Positions 1 through 11,275 of a stretch of 21,813 nucleotides of DNA are shown here, piece by piece (positions within the stretch are counted from its first letter, which is position 1; every line of letters starts with the position of its first letter). The translations under genes were made by a program, and so were the position numbers. Source of the DNA: Oopsacas minuta (taxonomy: Eukaryota; Animalia; Porifera). Under the pieces are notes generated by a model that saw nothing but the letters and a program-made list of their open reading frames with translations, was not told the DNA's origin and searched no databases. Where the stretch lies: assembly GCA_024704765.1 (NCBI GenBank), contig JAKMXF010000106.1, positions 6,294 to 28,106 on the forward strand. Direction: 5' to 3'.

Positions 1-453
1 GTTCATGTTTCGTTTCTTCACTCATTTGCTTTAACTGAATTAATCAATAATTACACGTATATATCCTAAATGTAATATCATACAAGTACTACTTAGCTAG
101 ATTGAAAACTATTGCGTAAATTTCTACGTTTCATTTTGTTCCATGCTAATGGCATTTTGGATAGGAAATTGTTAAAAACATCAATTCTATTAGGTAACTA
201 GTAATTAAATTGAATTCTAGAAAGAAGTATATCAGCGAAGAATCGCGATAATATATTAAAAATGGGGATATGTTAAAATTATTTTAGCCAGAATTCTTTG
301 ATTTCATAGATTTTTGTATAATCTGTAAAAAAATTTTAGTGGTAGAAAAATTTTGGAGTGTATATTCGGATTCCTCATAAAATTCTGTATAAGAAAGTGA
401 AAGAATCTCAACGACCTCATTTTTTTTGTCATAATGTTTTTCAGTTACCCGTG
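1..453 (-). mobile_element. Chapaev DNA transposon end (~410-bp TIR at 43-453); element continues left of the window
   Basis: 43-453 is the reverse complement of 13618-14029 with scattered mismatches. It ends in ...GTTACCCGTG followed by GCAC (454-457). CACGG/CCGTG termini with a 4-bp TSD are the described Chapaev signature. Confidence 0.8.
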
Positions 454-457
454 GCAC

Positions 458-891
458 CCACTGTGAGCCGGACTAGAAGTTTTTTCGATCTTTGAAATCT
501 TTTCTGCCTTAGGGCTGGAGTTAGATGGTGTACTGTTTGCCGTTTCAAAGACTTAAGTCCCAGGTCATTACGTACCACTTTTCTAACGGATTCGTGACTA
601 ATTGAAAAATCACGAGCCATTTTTCTGAAATACCGCCGCCGATTTCGAGTAATCCGATTCGCATCTTTTTCTTGAGCTGCGGGGTGAAAAATGATGTCGG
701 GCGTCCACTTCTTGGGCGGTCTAGCACAGAACCAGTATCGTTATATCGCTTGATGGTACGATAAACCAGTTGCCGATTGACTAATTCATCCTTCAGGTCG
801 CGTAAAATTTCTTTCTGAGACTACCAGCCATAAATAATTCAATAATTCTTGAACGAATTGCCGCTATGGGCCGGGATTCTGAAGTTTGCAT
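458..891 (-). pseudogene. DD37D transposase N-terminal HTH region, two frameshifts
   Basis: MQTSESRPIAAIRSRIIELFMAG / SQKEILRDLKDELVNRQLVYRTIKRYNDTGSVLDRPRSGRP.. / ..RKMARDFSISHESVRKVVRNDLGLKSLKRQTVHHLTPALRQKRFQRSKKLLVRLTV. DRPRSGRP is typical of Tc1-like DNA-binding domains. Confidence 0.85.
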
Positions 892-1028
892 GAGAATTTA
901 GATAATAAATGAATATTTCAACAACACAACCTACGCAAACATTTAGCAACTGTTTAAAATATGGTTCGATAATAACTGTTGCTATACCAGTGATATACTT
1001 TATGTACCAGAACTTAATTGACACACTG
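458..1028 (-). mobile_element. DD37D (maT) Tc1/mariner element, 5' half with TIR (1001-1028)
   Basis: TIR TATGTACCAGAACTTAATTGACACACTG matches the reverse complement of 12879-12906 at 27/28. The flanking dinucleotides are not a clean TA (TC here, CA at 12877), so the TSD is decayed. Confidence 0.85.
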
Positions 1029-1253
1029 TCTATCGTTACTAGACACATATTTTGACACATTCCTGAAATTCTTTGTGCATATAATGGTTGACAATTTGTT
1101 GTCTCACAATTATACAACACATATATTCAGGGATATAAAACTCATAGTGAATTTATTTCTTCGGGTTACATAGCTTTAATTACTGTCAGGCTTGATCAAC
1201 CGCCCAATCAAAGTTAAATCAACCGTCCAATGTTTGTGAATTGAATACTTTTA

Positions 1254-1784
1254 GGGTAAAATATAAAAGGAATCAGTTAAAACTAACTCATTATTTCGAA
1301 CGGACTTCATTCATCCTTGTTTAGGAGCATTCAAATCATGACATCATGAATCACATGATTGCTCATCGAAAATATAATTTTTCGCCTTTAAGAAATCTTC
1401 CCATTTCGTTGAATTATTGTCCTCTATTCAGTCATCCTGCACAAATAATCAGAACATTTCTTTGGAATCCATTTCTATAAATGAATGAATTTCATGTCTA
1501 TGGAATAAATTGAGAAATTGTTCATTCATTAAGCTATCATTTAACATGGATTTATCTTGAGTGCGGAGTACATTAACAATTCAAACAATTCAACCACAAA
1601 ACGAGATATAATAAATTTTTTTACGAAAATATTTTGGAAAACTTTGAACTGTATAAATGCTAGGATCATTGCATAAATGGCATCTCAACGATATGAAGGA
1701 TGGGCAGTTTGAACTTTTAGGTAGTCCTAATTGACTTCTATATCTTTTGACCGTAAATAAGTTCAATTCACAAATCTTAGAGGT
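1254..1784 (-). CDS. Candidate host coding segment: 177 codons with 6 in-frame TGA and no TAA/TAG; product unknown
   Basis: Manual translation. Possible acceptor CTCTAAG before 1775 and donor GTTAGT at 1287. Standard-code alternative: exon 1775-1625, 69-nt intron, terminal exon 1555-1449. Confidence 0.4.
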
Positions 1785-1808
1785 TTAATTGAACTGAAAT
1801 ATAACTAA

Positions 1809-3730
1809 CACAGGACTGCATAATTATTTTTTTCAGTACACAATATAAGTTATCCAATTTTTCTAATACAACTTTTCGTGCTGAGTTTGAAAAACGTATC
1901 CATTTATGACCATCACGTCAGGATTTTATAGTATAGAACAAGACTTGTTTTGAATAGTACATCTACCATTAATATAAATGATAAAATAAAATGTTCCCAA
2001 CCTCAAATTTTCATGTTTAAATATACTTAAATAATATATTTCTTGTTCACTACATACTTCTACATATGAAAGGACATATACCATGTTATTCTAGAAATTT
2101 TCTTAAGAACCTAGATTAGGACTCCAAGAACTTCTTTTTATGAGATTTTCTCGCGTAATGTATGTCCACACAATCTCGCTTCAGGATCCAACAGTAGTTC
2201 GCCATCATTTTAGTGTCATACCTTCCTTGGTAATGCTCTTCCATCGTTTGAATGTCCTGATCAAACCATTCACCCTGCTAATCCGATAAGTCTCCAAGGT
2301 TTCTTGGGAATTCATCCAAGGGGCTATGTAAAATGAATTTTGATGCTCATATTACATCCCAACTTATGAAAGCTTTCGAGCAAACGATTGATTAAATTCA
2401 CATAGTTATAGTCTCTTCTATTTCCTAAGAAGCCTTTCACAACCGATACAAAGGCTTGCCATGCATCATAGCCAGTATCCAACATATGAGCAGTGAATTC
2501 GGGACCTTTCATCAATTTTCGGATGTCTGGCCCATTGAAGATACCAGATTTGACTTTTTCATCGCTCAGCCGGTGGAATCGCGAGCGAAGGTATTTAAAA
2601 CAATCACCATCCTTGTTAAGAGCTCTTACGAATTGCTTAATTAACCCGAGTTTAATATGCAAAGGTGGAAAACAATCTTTTCCCGCTCCATCAATGCTTC
2701 ATTGATCACATTAGCACAACCAACAACTAAATTTTCTCTTTTGGGCCACTCCTTTCTGATCCAATGTTCATTCTTCGCTCTACTATCCCACATACACAAA
2801 AACCAAAGATATTTTGTGTACCCACTTTGTTGCCCGAAAAGGAAGCAAACCATTTTTAGATCTACACAGATGAACCACTAATGAGAATCGTATCTAATTA
2901 ATTGTAAAACCAGATTGACATTTTCATATTTTTCACTTAATGTCACAGAATGAGCAAGGGGTATTGAGCCAAACTGATTACCATTGTGAAGTAAAACAAC
3001 TTTTGAACTCCTTTTTGAGCTATCAATAAAAAGCCTCCATTCATTAGCATCATATGTTTTCAGAACAAGTTCTTTTAACAGGCCCTCAATGTCACAACGG
3101 TAAACACAATTTTCACGTTGAGCAAAATATCGTAAGAACTCCTGTTCTCTATGACGATAATACAAAATCTTGGTGTGTGTGGACCCAACAAATTCTTTTG
3201 GTTGAGCCTAGCTGCGAGTAGTTCGGAAGCAGCCTTCGATAAAGCAAGATCACGAACCGAGTCATATAACTCTTCCTGGTTAAATGTTTGCACTGGTTTA
3301 GATTTGATAAATTCTTCATCTCTACTCTCATCAGTTGACTCCACATCATCAATATTTTCTGGTCCCGGATCAGGTAAAATTGATAACAATCAGTTATTAC
3401 AGGTTCAAGTTTAGGATTTTTCCCAATTGAAATCGGAATTTCATCACTATGTTGAACCGGCCTTATTGCGGAAGGTATAGAGGGATACTGTATTCTTGAT
3501 TTATACTTCTGATTGAACCCTAGTGTTTTGACCATACAGAAGTAGCAATCATCAAAATGGTTTGTCGGTTCTCTCTATATCATAGGAATTCAAATGGCAT
3601 TGACTTTAGTTTGTTCCGTGACCAGTTATATAAATTCATGAAGCATTTCTGACAAACTATAAGTAGTGACCACTCTTTGTCTTGGTCGCCCAATTGCATC
3701 CCAAAATACGCATGGTATAAATTGCGTACT
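1809..3730 (-). mobile_element. Chapaev3 (CMC) transposon, decayed; one terminus at 1809, other end not identified
   Basis: TAA|CACAGG at 1806-1814 fits the CACWG terminus and 3-bp TWA TSD of Chapaev3. The transposase relic lies inside. The right boundary is approximate. Confidence 0.8.
2116..3730 (-). pseudogene. Chapaev3 transposase with multiple stops and frameshifts
   Basis: Family motifs: YHAYFGMQLGDQDKEW; REPTNHFDDCYFC; YPSIPSAIRPVQHSDEIP; WRLFIDSSKRS.KVVLLHNGN; ICVDLKMV; HIKLGLIKQFV; LGCNMSIKIHF; MEEHYQGRYDTKMMANYCW. Ends in TAA at 2116-2118. Confidence 0.9.
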
Positions 3731-5419
3731 CCCTAGTATTTTTACACGAAGTCCTTGGAAAAATTCAAGGTATGAATTTATGTATGCAGGAAAATAAGAT
3801 AAACGGATTACGAATCTTTCTGCGATTCACTCAATAAGACAACAATTAGAAAGTATAAATAATGGAGAAACATCGAAAGAGCAAGTTTCAATTGATTGTA
3901 GGTTGGGATACTAATTTTGTCTCTAGAAAATTTTGAAATATCACCAAGAGGTGTAAAAATATAATTAATCATCAAAACGGTGAGAATATATCACTTCAGA
4001 AGAATTCCTACTCTAGCTGCAAATCTCTGAACAAAATGTAAATGCGTACGAATTTTCATACAAATACTAATTTCGCACTTTCGCGCGTACATACCGGCGT
4101 CGCACATCCTCCATGCCATTAAGGCATCTCCCAATAAGAGCTGCACTAAAAACAAAGATATACAGTAGATAATGGATATAGTGATAATATTATGAACGAA
4201 AATAAAAATTTGGCAATATATTTGATAAAAATAAAAGATCTAAATCGCATCGAGCAAATAGTACCTTATCTCCAAGAAGTGACAAAAATCTAAAATTTCA
4301 AGCTGTGCCAACAGCTTAGTCGTTTAATTAACTTCGTTGAAAAATGGTACTATTAATTGGAAGTACTATATGTATTGGCATCTAAGTTGACTAATTCATT
4401 CAAATATCGTCAAGAATAATGAATAATTCTTTCGCAATTTGTACATTATTCTTTTTGAGGAGTTGATTAATTAATGGGTTTATATAATTCATAGTGATAT
4501 TGAATAATATATCTCAGTGTCGCGAATTCTGAACCACATGGGGACTAGAGAAACTGTTCGTAATATAGAGAATTCATATTTATCAACTCGACTTAATACA
4601 AATCCTATTTATGCATTAAAATTGNAATTATTTGGAATTCTAAAAGCTAATATTATAATTTCCTAGTCATGTATTTCATTATAATGGCCACATAAAGTAC
4701 TTCAATATGACAGGCTACAATTTTCATATACAAAACTAACACACGAATATGTGTCGAATTCCTTTGGCTACTTTGAGAAACCTTGATTTTTGTGTTTTCA
4801 TCATGTTTGAAGTTACCCATCTATAAATAACTATTGTTCAAAAGTAAGACTATCGAATATCATTATATGCTGTATTTCTGGGTTTCCGAGTATGCTGAAT
4901 AAGATAGAATTAATTAGATGTCAAAATATCACTGTCAAATATTTCGCAATTTCCACCTGTCGTGCCATTGTGATGTGCAATACATTAATTTCAAAAAGAT
5001 GCGCCGTTAATGTAATATTGAACTCATATATAATTTGTTCTATCGGCTAACGTAACCCCTGTCCAAAATGCACAAGTTACTGTTAGGCCTTATGTTTGGT
5101 AGGTTATGGTAAGAGGTATAATTTAACACCACCTTTATGAATATTTTTTGTGTCATACTTTCGCTGACACGATTCATACAGCAGGTAGGCCCTGGCATCA
5201 CACAATGCTAGCTATGCCCCTGACCAGCCCCAGTGTTACCACAGAGAGCCATTATACGTAATTTCGGTGGACTATGGATATTATATTCATAGTTGTCTTT
5301 ATTTTGTACATTGGAGGTACGCAGTGTCGAAAATATCATGTTGCGTAGCGAGCAATAGAACTAAGATATCTTGCTGTTTCATATTTAAGCTCAACTTTGT
5401 GCCTTTAGGTACAAAGTTG

Positions 5420-5452
5420 TTGCGTAGCGACGTAGCAAGCGAAGCGCGCTAG
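5420..5452 (+). mobile_element. Possible Helitron 3' end
   Basis: GC-rich imperfect hairpin ..GCGTAGCGACGTAGCAAGCGAAGCGCG followed by CTAG|T. No matching 5' end was found nearby. Confidence 0.35.
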
Positions 5453-5631
5453 TGTTAGTTAAATTTGCTTGTAAGAAGGTTCGAAAGATAACAAGCAAAC
5501 TATATACACGGTGCATTAATTCCTAAGGGTGCATGTTTTACTAAATGAGAGGCTAAGAGCGTTGGTATGGCGTCCAAATGGGCGTACAATGGCACGATGG
5601 CCAGTCCAAGCCGAATTATGTATCCTTAAAC

Positions 5632-5862
5632 CTTTAGGTACTGCAGCATATACAGTCAATTCCTCCTAAACCCATAAATGTAGCTTGGAAACTCGATTAT
5701 CACTTCACAAACAATGATATCGGACTCATTTGCGATCAGAATTTCCAAATCAGTTTTATTGACGAGGCTCAAGGCAAATCTTGTTTGAGTCAAATAACTT
5801 TTTACTGTAGCTATGAAGAATTGCAAGATCTGGCATATAAAATGCGAGAAGTTGTCAGAAGT
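5632..5862 (-). CDS. Candidate host exon (TSDNFSHFICQILQFFIAT...FRRN-TGA-LYMLQYLK)
   Basis: Acceptor TAATTTTGTACAG, then 68 open codons to TGA (5658-5656). Donors: ACA|GTAAAA early, or AAG|GTTTAA after the TGA. Confidence 0.35.
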
Positions 5863-6414
5863 CTGTACAAAATTACACAAATTTGATCACATTTAGACAT
5901 ATATGTATTAGTGCTAAATATTTCAATTATGTTATTGTATATATTATGAAACTACCAACGAAGAGCACATTTAGGAATAGCAATAGCATTCTATATACTA
6001 AGGCAGTAGTACTATATTCAAAGTTTGGACCATGGATGGCAATTACCCTGGACTTTCAAAATTTGTGAGTTATATAACCAGGAGTGGTAGAGCCTTATAA
6101 GTGTGTCTAAAGCTGGTAAAAGCTTGTGCTGTTAATTTTCCCGATTACTAATGGCAGATTAACCCAGCAATCCAACTAAGACATAACGTTGTTCAAAAAT
6201 GTTAAACGATAGTCCGCCGGATAATTTGGAGCTGATTATTCACGACTGTAAAGTTAAAATACTATTCGATTATGCATATTTTAGTCACTAATTGAATGAC
6301 TTCCACATATTTTTTAACGAAATTAGTATAATTCTATTGAGGAGAGATGAACTTTTGACCCTATATTTTTTGTGCATAACTTTTTACTTTTTATACGATC
6401 TTTTGACCAATGTA

Positions 6415-6934
6415 CAGTGAAACCTCTGGAATCGGGGCATGCTGGATACTGGGAAATTTTCTGACGCCCCGATTGTGGAAATTTCCCGATTCTGGATTTC
6501 AGTGTGGTATTGTGTCTAAATCAGCATTTTCCGTGTATATGTAGTTCATATTATGTCATACTATTGTTTCGTATTGCTAGTCAAACTGTAACGTTAAAAT
6601 ATTTCATTCTGCTACATATTGCTTATCCTGAACACCTCTCTAAAGTGAAATTTCACTTACGTAGCATTTATATTGTTTTATTCGATAGTTATTGCGAAAA
6701 TAAAAGTTTACTGAGTTGATTTCATATTGATGCCCCGATTGCGTAGGGGACTTTAGTATTAGTTCTATGCATGCTGAAAGAATTAGATTTCAGGGTTTCC
6801 CCCGATTCCCCCGATTGTCGCTATTTCCCCAATTCCAGAGGTTCATTTGTATGGGGAAATATTTTCGCGAAATTCAATGCCCCGATTTCAGAGGTTCCCC
6901 GATTCCAGAGTCCCCGATTCGAGAGGTTTCACTG
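6415..6934. mobile_element. pogo/Tigger-type MITE, 520 bp
   Basis: TIR CAGTGAAACCTCTGGAATCGGGG matches the right end at 22/23. TA on both flanks (6413-6414, 6935-6936). Multiple internal CCCCGATT motifs. Confidence 0.9.
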
Positions 6935-8034
6935 TATACGAATTCATCTATACTAGTAAAATGCGATTAATCTATCTATTATAAATATTAGTAAATGTAT
7001 ATACATAGCGTACTATGCATGAGGCCTCACAGTAACTATTGAAATATGGACAAGGGATTGGGTCCTCAATCTACTGTGATAATGGTGACGGTCAAACTTA
7101 GTCTACCATACATAAGATTAAATATTATTAAGAGAAATTGGGCCCATGAATACAATTACAGGCTGGATTTATAAATGAGTCACAAGGTTAAATATATAGT
7201 CTATTATGTTTATTAACTAACCAAACAATTTAAAATTAATTTTAATATATAACTAAATTAGAAGAATATATATTCAGCCGTCCTAAAGATATTCATATAC
7301 TCAGTTACTGTTTGAATTCTGTCACTCTTGATCTTGTTCCTTGTGTTTATGCTTGTATTATATACAATGCCCACAAATTATGTAAGTTTTTTGCTTTTAG
7401 GACGCCATATATGCCTTATCCACTATCGGCTGCGAGTTCGAATTTTTATTTCATTAACATGAAATTGCTCGTATGGGCTAAACTTATTATCGTTATTTAC
7501 GCCATTCTATGATTTCAATAATTTTTACAGTGTCGACCATACTTTAGTATAGGCTCAGAATTGATCCCATTACTTTTTCATTTTGGCGTTTCTTTAGTTG
7601 TTTATCCGCTCTACAGCCCACCCCATTTAGGATTAAGAGCTGAAACCTTGGCAAAGTGTTTGTTATGACATGGAGATTTGCACCTTGGTATGCGATGTTT
7701 TGAAAATGGTTTTCCACATTTTTCTATATGTCAATCTAAATTTCGTTGAAAAACAAAAAAAATAGATGCTATTTAGTAGGAATTCTTTTGCTAAATTTTA
7801 GTTATTTTGCAATTTCCCATTTGTGAGTTGAATTATATAAGATGGAGAAGTGAATGAACATAGTGGAATTCAGATTCGGACTTAGCATATTCACTAGTAC
7901 ATTGGACAACATTTAGTGTCCAAGAAGCAAAAACCCTACAAAATTTGTCGGACAGTGGATTATCCGCATTTAATCTATTTACTTTTTCTGCTTTGCTTTT
8001 AGCATTTTACCACTATTACAAGTCGCTATCAATA

Positions 8035-9120
8035 ATGCCTAATTGCTGCTCAACTCCTGGGTGCAAAAGCAACTACAAATCTACTCACGAAACTGTAACT
8101 GTAATTAAATTACCAGATAAACCACCTGAACTCTTATATTCTTCGATTAGAGCTCTTCGGAGGGATGGTTTAGGTGAATTGTAGTCAGTTAATTTTTGTG
8201 TTAAACATTTTCACGAAGAGAATAAAGAATATAGTAACAAAAATCTAAAAGGAGATGGAAGCTTTCGTGAATCCCTCGAGTCATCCCAAAGCTGAAAGAT
8301 AGTGCTGTATAAGTGATTCTATATGGTTGTCCATCAGGTCTTGTAAATAGTGATATCCTTGTAATATGTACTTGATGATACATTCCGATCCATCTGTTAG
8401 AGCTTATTGTAATGGAGAACCTTGTTTGCTTTCCCTAACCTCAATAATTGATATTTAACAAATAGGAACTATACTTGCTGAAGTATCTAAATCAACACAT
8501 CTCAGTGAATCTTATATTTCTGAGACGAATGCTACACATATTTCTTTACAAAAGACCATATTCAACAAGCCATAAACTATTTTACAAACTAACGAATCAG
8601 ATTTAGAATCACCTGATTACCAGAACTTTGAAGACTGCAATTCATACAATGCCAGTTGGAAAACAGACTTGTTCCTCAAAACAGGGGTAGATATATTGTA
8701 CTAACACAAATCTTGTCTCTCAAACCACTTTGGATTTCTCCAGCATGTTGTAAATATCTTCAGCAAATGCCTTGTCAAAGTTATATCCCTCATCTGGCCT
8801 TGAAAGTGGCTATTTTCCCTTCTTCAAACAAGATACTCATACCTTCTGTGATACTGAAAACATGTATTGACCAAATGGACGAAATTCATGTGAAATCGAA
8901 TATTTCATACACCAGAATATCCAATCAAAACTGTAATCGCAATTATGGTATATAGTCTACAGAAAATGTCTTGTATTGTTCGTCAGTTACCCTACGCTTC
9001 TCTTTCAGCAGAAAAGATATTCACCATAGTGGTATCTTGTATTCAAGATATTGAGTGTTGTGGCCTCTTCGTAGATATATGTCTATCGACAACTATCCTC
9101 TCAATGTAAAATTAGCAATG
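8035..9120 (+). pseudogene. THAP-domain, P-element/THAP9-like transposase relic (5' part)
   Basis: THAP-like start MPNCCSTPGCKSNY...KLP...CVKHF. Downstream fragments MDEIHVKSNISY and LPYASLSAEKI..IQDIECCGLFV..DNYPLNVK resemble P-element-family catalytic core. Many lesions; no termini found. Confidence 0.7.
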
Positions 9121-9314
9121 TTTCATAGACAACAAGTTCAGAGTTCTAAGACTTGTCAGCTATGGCTCCCAAACCCAATTTGAACTTATATTTCAATATT
9201 CCTTGTAAGGTACAGCGAGTGAGCAAAATCATGGACTTCAATCTCATTGAGTTTAATAAAATATATAGTTCTGGGTACATTAGCGTATGTTCGTCTGCGT
9301 GCCATACATAAGTG

Positions 9315-9360
9315 CTAATGGGTCGCATGTGGCCCCTGAGCCGCGTGTTAGACACCCCTG
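9315..9360. mobile_element. hAT (Charlie-like) terminus fragment
   Basis: GGGTCGCATGTGGCCC..GCCGC..TTAGACACCCCTG resembles a Charlie-type end (CAGGGGTGTC on the minus strand). Partner end not seen. Confidence 0.5.
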
Positions 9361-9642
9361 TCCTGAATAATCCATTTCATTAAATATGTTCGTATCATCA
9401 ATAATAGCGAAGATTTGAGTGATAAAGTAGAGCTACATGGCATATATTGGCTGGATAATTGTTTTTAATTAGTTCTTTTAGTTTCTTTTAAGTGGTAGTA
9501 GGTGATAACGACTAAATAATTAGTCTTGGAACGTTAAATTGGATTATTTACACTAAACGATATGAAATTAACCATTCCTTCACCCATGTGACTAGTAATT
9601 GATTGGAATTGAGACTTTGTGAGTAGGCACATGTTTCCTAAC

Positions 9643-9779
9643 CTTTTTTGATATACTGCAATAGATTAGGTGGAATTTCACACTGGAAAGTAGAGATTTT
9701 CCATAATTCCCCCTTGTTTGAAAAATATTTTCTAATTGATGGCTGCCAATATCAACAAATTAGAGGCCATAAATATTTC
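9643..9779 (-). CDS. Candidate host exon (KYLWPLIC-TGA-YWQPSIRKYFSNKGELWKISTFQCEIPPNLLQYIKK)
   Basis: Donor AAG|GTTAGG at 9642. Acceptors are TTTGTAG (9779, includes the TGA at 9754-9752) or TTGGCAG (9742, avoids it). Confidence 0.45.
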
Positions 9780-9904
9780 CTACAAATTTATCGCAAATCA
9801 TGCCAAAAAACGTGTTAAATACTACTTGTACATAAAATATGATGTCCCAAATCGATTGTTCACCATCGAATTACTATAAATCAAAAGTTTCATAACTGTA
9901 GCTA

Positions 9905-10045
9905 ATAGGGGGCAATGCCCCTCTAGTAAAAATCCGTGCCCCGGGAAATGCCCCCCTGGTAAACCCTTGCCGTAAACTCGTGCCCCGGGGCATGCCCCCT
10001 TGGGAATATCTTGCCCTTAGATGAAAAATCCTGGCGAAGTCCCTG
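9905..10045. mobile_element. GC-rich non-autonomous element end, probably hAT-like MITE
   Basis: Cluster of (T)GCCCC motifs ending in AAAATCCTGGCGAAGTCCCTG; sharp GC contrast with the flanks. Confidence 0.5.
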
Positions 10046-10050
10046 GGTAC

Positions 10051-10320
10051 AGGTATTTGTCATTTCATATTGATTATACAGCATGATAATTCTAGGAGCC
10101 TATGGCTTCATCGCAACAATAGTATAATGAGTCAAAAATCCGAAATGCTTAATCTGTAGAGACGTGCTATGCTCTTCATCGCTCTAGATCTTGATGTGCC
10201 TACTAAAATTTCATAAAAATACGGGAACTTGCTAATAGAAATTTCTCCGACACAACATGGACTCAATTTAAATTTCGGAGGTGGGTGTACGATGATGTGT
10301 TGAGTTCTGAATTTGGGTAT
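10051..10320 (-). CDS. Candidate host exon (IPKFRTQHIIVHPPPKFKLSPCCVGEISISKFPYFYEILV...) with 3 downstream TGA
   Basis: Acceptor TTAAGTTTGACAG, then 62 open codons, then TGA at 10134, 10110 and 10062 with no TAA/TAG. A standard-code donor TTA|GTAGGC at 10203 is possible. Confidence 0.35.
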
Positions 10321-10813
10321 CTGTCAAACTTAATCGCCGACCACTGTTAGGCTACCGAATATTATCATTATTCGTATTCATGTTAGGTAAGGCAGCTATT
10401 CGTGAATACTGATATTCGGTTCAGTCGGTTTCAACCTGGATTTTAAGTAATTGTATTAGGACTATTGACGTTGACATGAAAAAGATCGAAAATATGGAAC
10501 ATTCAGGTATTTTGAGAAATTATCGCTATATATCGGGATATTCATATTATATAGGAAAGTATTTCTGATATATCGTATTGAAGCATAGGCGTCGGAGCTG
10601 CAGCGGCTGGGCGGCCATACCGCACCTGTTTTACAGAAAGCATGTTAGATCTATAGGGAATAGAGCTGTTGAACGAGTCCCTTCACTTTTCATTACCAAA
10701 AATGACAATTGCTGCCCCACGTTTTGTGCTTACGAGTTCTTATCCATAGCTAATGCTACGATTTTACGATATAGAAATTTGCCAAATCTTGTAAGACTCT
10801 ACATGTAATTCAC

Positions 10814-10922
10814 CACAATCGTCTCATCTCTTAAATTAAGAAAATTAGCATTATCTCTACCCCATTTTGCATGATTCAAAGTGCATTTGAAACTTAGTAG
10901 TATCATAAAATAATGCTTATAC
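10814..10922 (-). CDS. Weak candidate host exon (YKHYFMILLSFKCTLNHAKWGRDNANFLNLRDETIV)
   Basis: Acceptor GTACTTAG, an open frame, and a possible donor GTG|GTGAAT. Confidence 0.25.
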
Positions 10923-11110
10923 CTAAGTACATAATGTTAATTGAACGAGTTTGGACTAGTGAATAACAGGGTTTCATCCAGGTCCTTAGGACCATACGCC
11001 TAAAACTGCATTAAAATTCTTTTCATATGCCTAAGTCTTGGAAAAATGTGTATACTTAGAGATTTTATTGATGAAATTTACACGCCTACATCTACCTGTT
11101 GCATAATCCC

Positions 11111-11197
11111 CTAGTTGAAAACTGCTTCAACTAGAAAGTCAGTTGAAACGGATTTAGAACAGTTGAAACCAGTTTCAACTGGAAATAGGGCCCTAAA
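11111..11197. repeat. AGTTGAAAC repeat cluster forming two palindromes; likely transposon subterminal region
   Basis: CTAGTTGAA-aactgc-TTCAACTAG (11111-11134) and CAGTTGAAAC-ca-GTTTCAACTG (11160-11181). Confidence 0.6.
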
Positions 11198-11275
11198 TGC
11201 AACATAAATATTAAGAAGAGTTGTTTCTGTTATACAATATATTCTAAAATAATAATCAATTATATATGACAAATA

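Noticed and set aside
1254-1784. Mitochondrial insertion (NUMT) or mollicute DNA as the source of the TGA-rich frame
   Set aside because: The peptide resembles no mitochondrial protein I know, and there is no operon-like neighbourhood. Not formally excluded without a search.
2456-3414. Plus-strand ORFs at 2456, 2493, 2657 and 3151
   Set aside because: Antisense shadows of the Chapaev3 transposase.
3941-3956. AGGTG|TAA as the missing Chapaev3 terminus
   Set aside because: Only GTG+TAA fits; there is no inverted match to CACAGGACTGC at 1809.
4400-4430. LFIILDDI(W) as an NB-ARC Walker B motif; RGS-like look of the 1520-1430 peptide
   Set aside because: No Walker A was found, TAG follows three codons after the TGA, and the resemblances are too short to name a family.
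6504-6970. ORFs at 6504, 6767 and 6771
   Set aside because: They lie within or across a non-coding MITE; openness reflects GC-rich repeats.
10584-10626. CATAGGCGTCGGAGC.. possible MITE start, and the ORF at 10578
   Set aside because: About 40 bp with no partner end or TSD; the ORF has no coding features.
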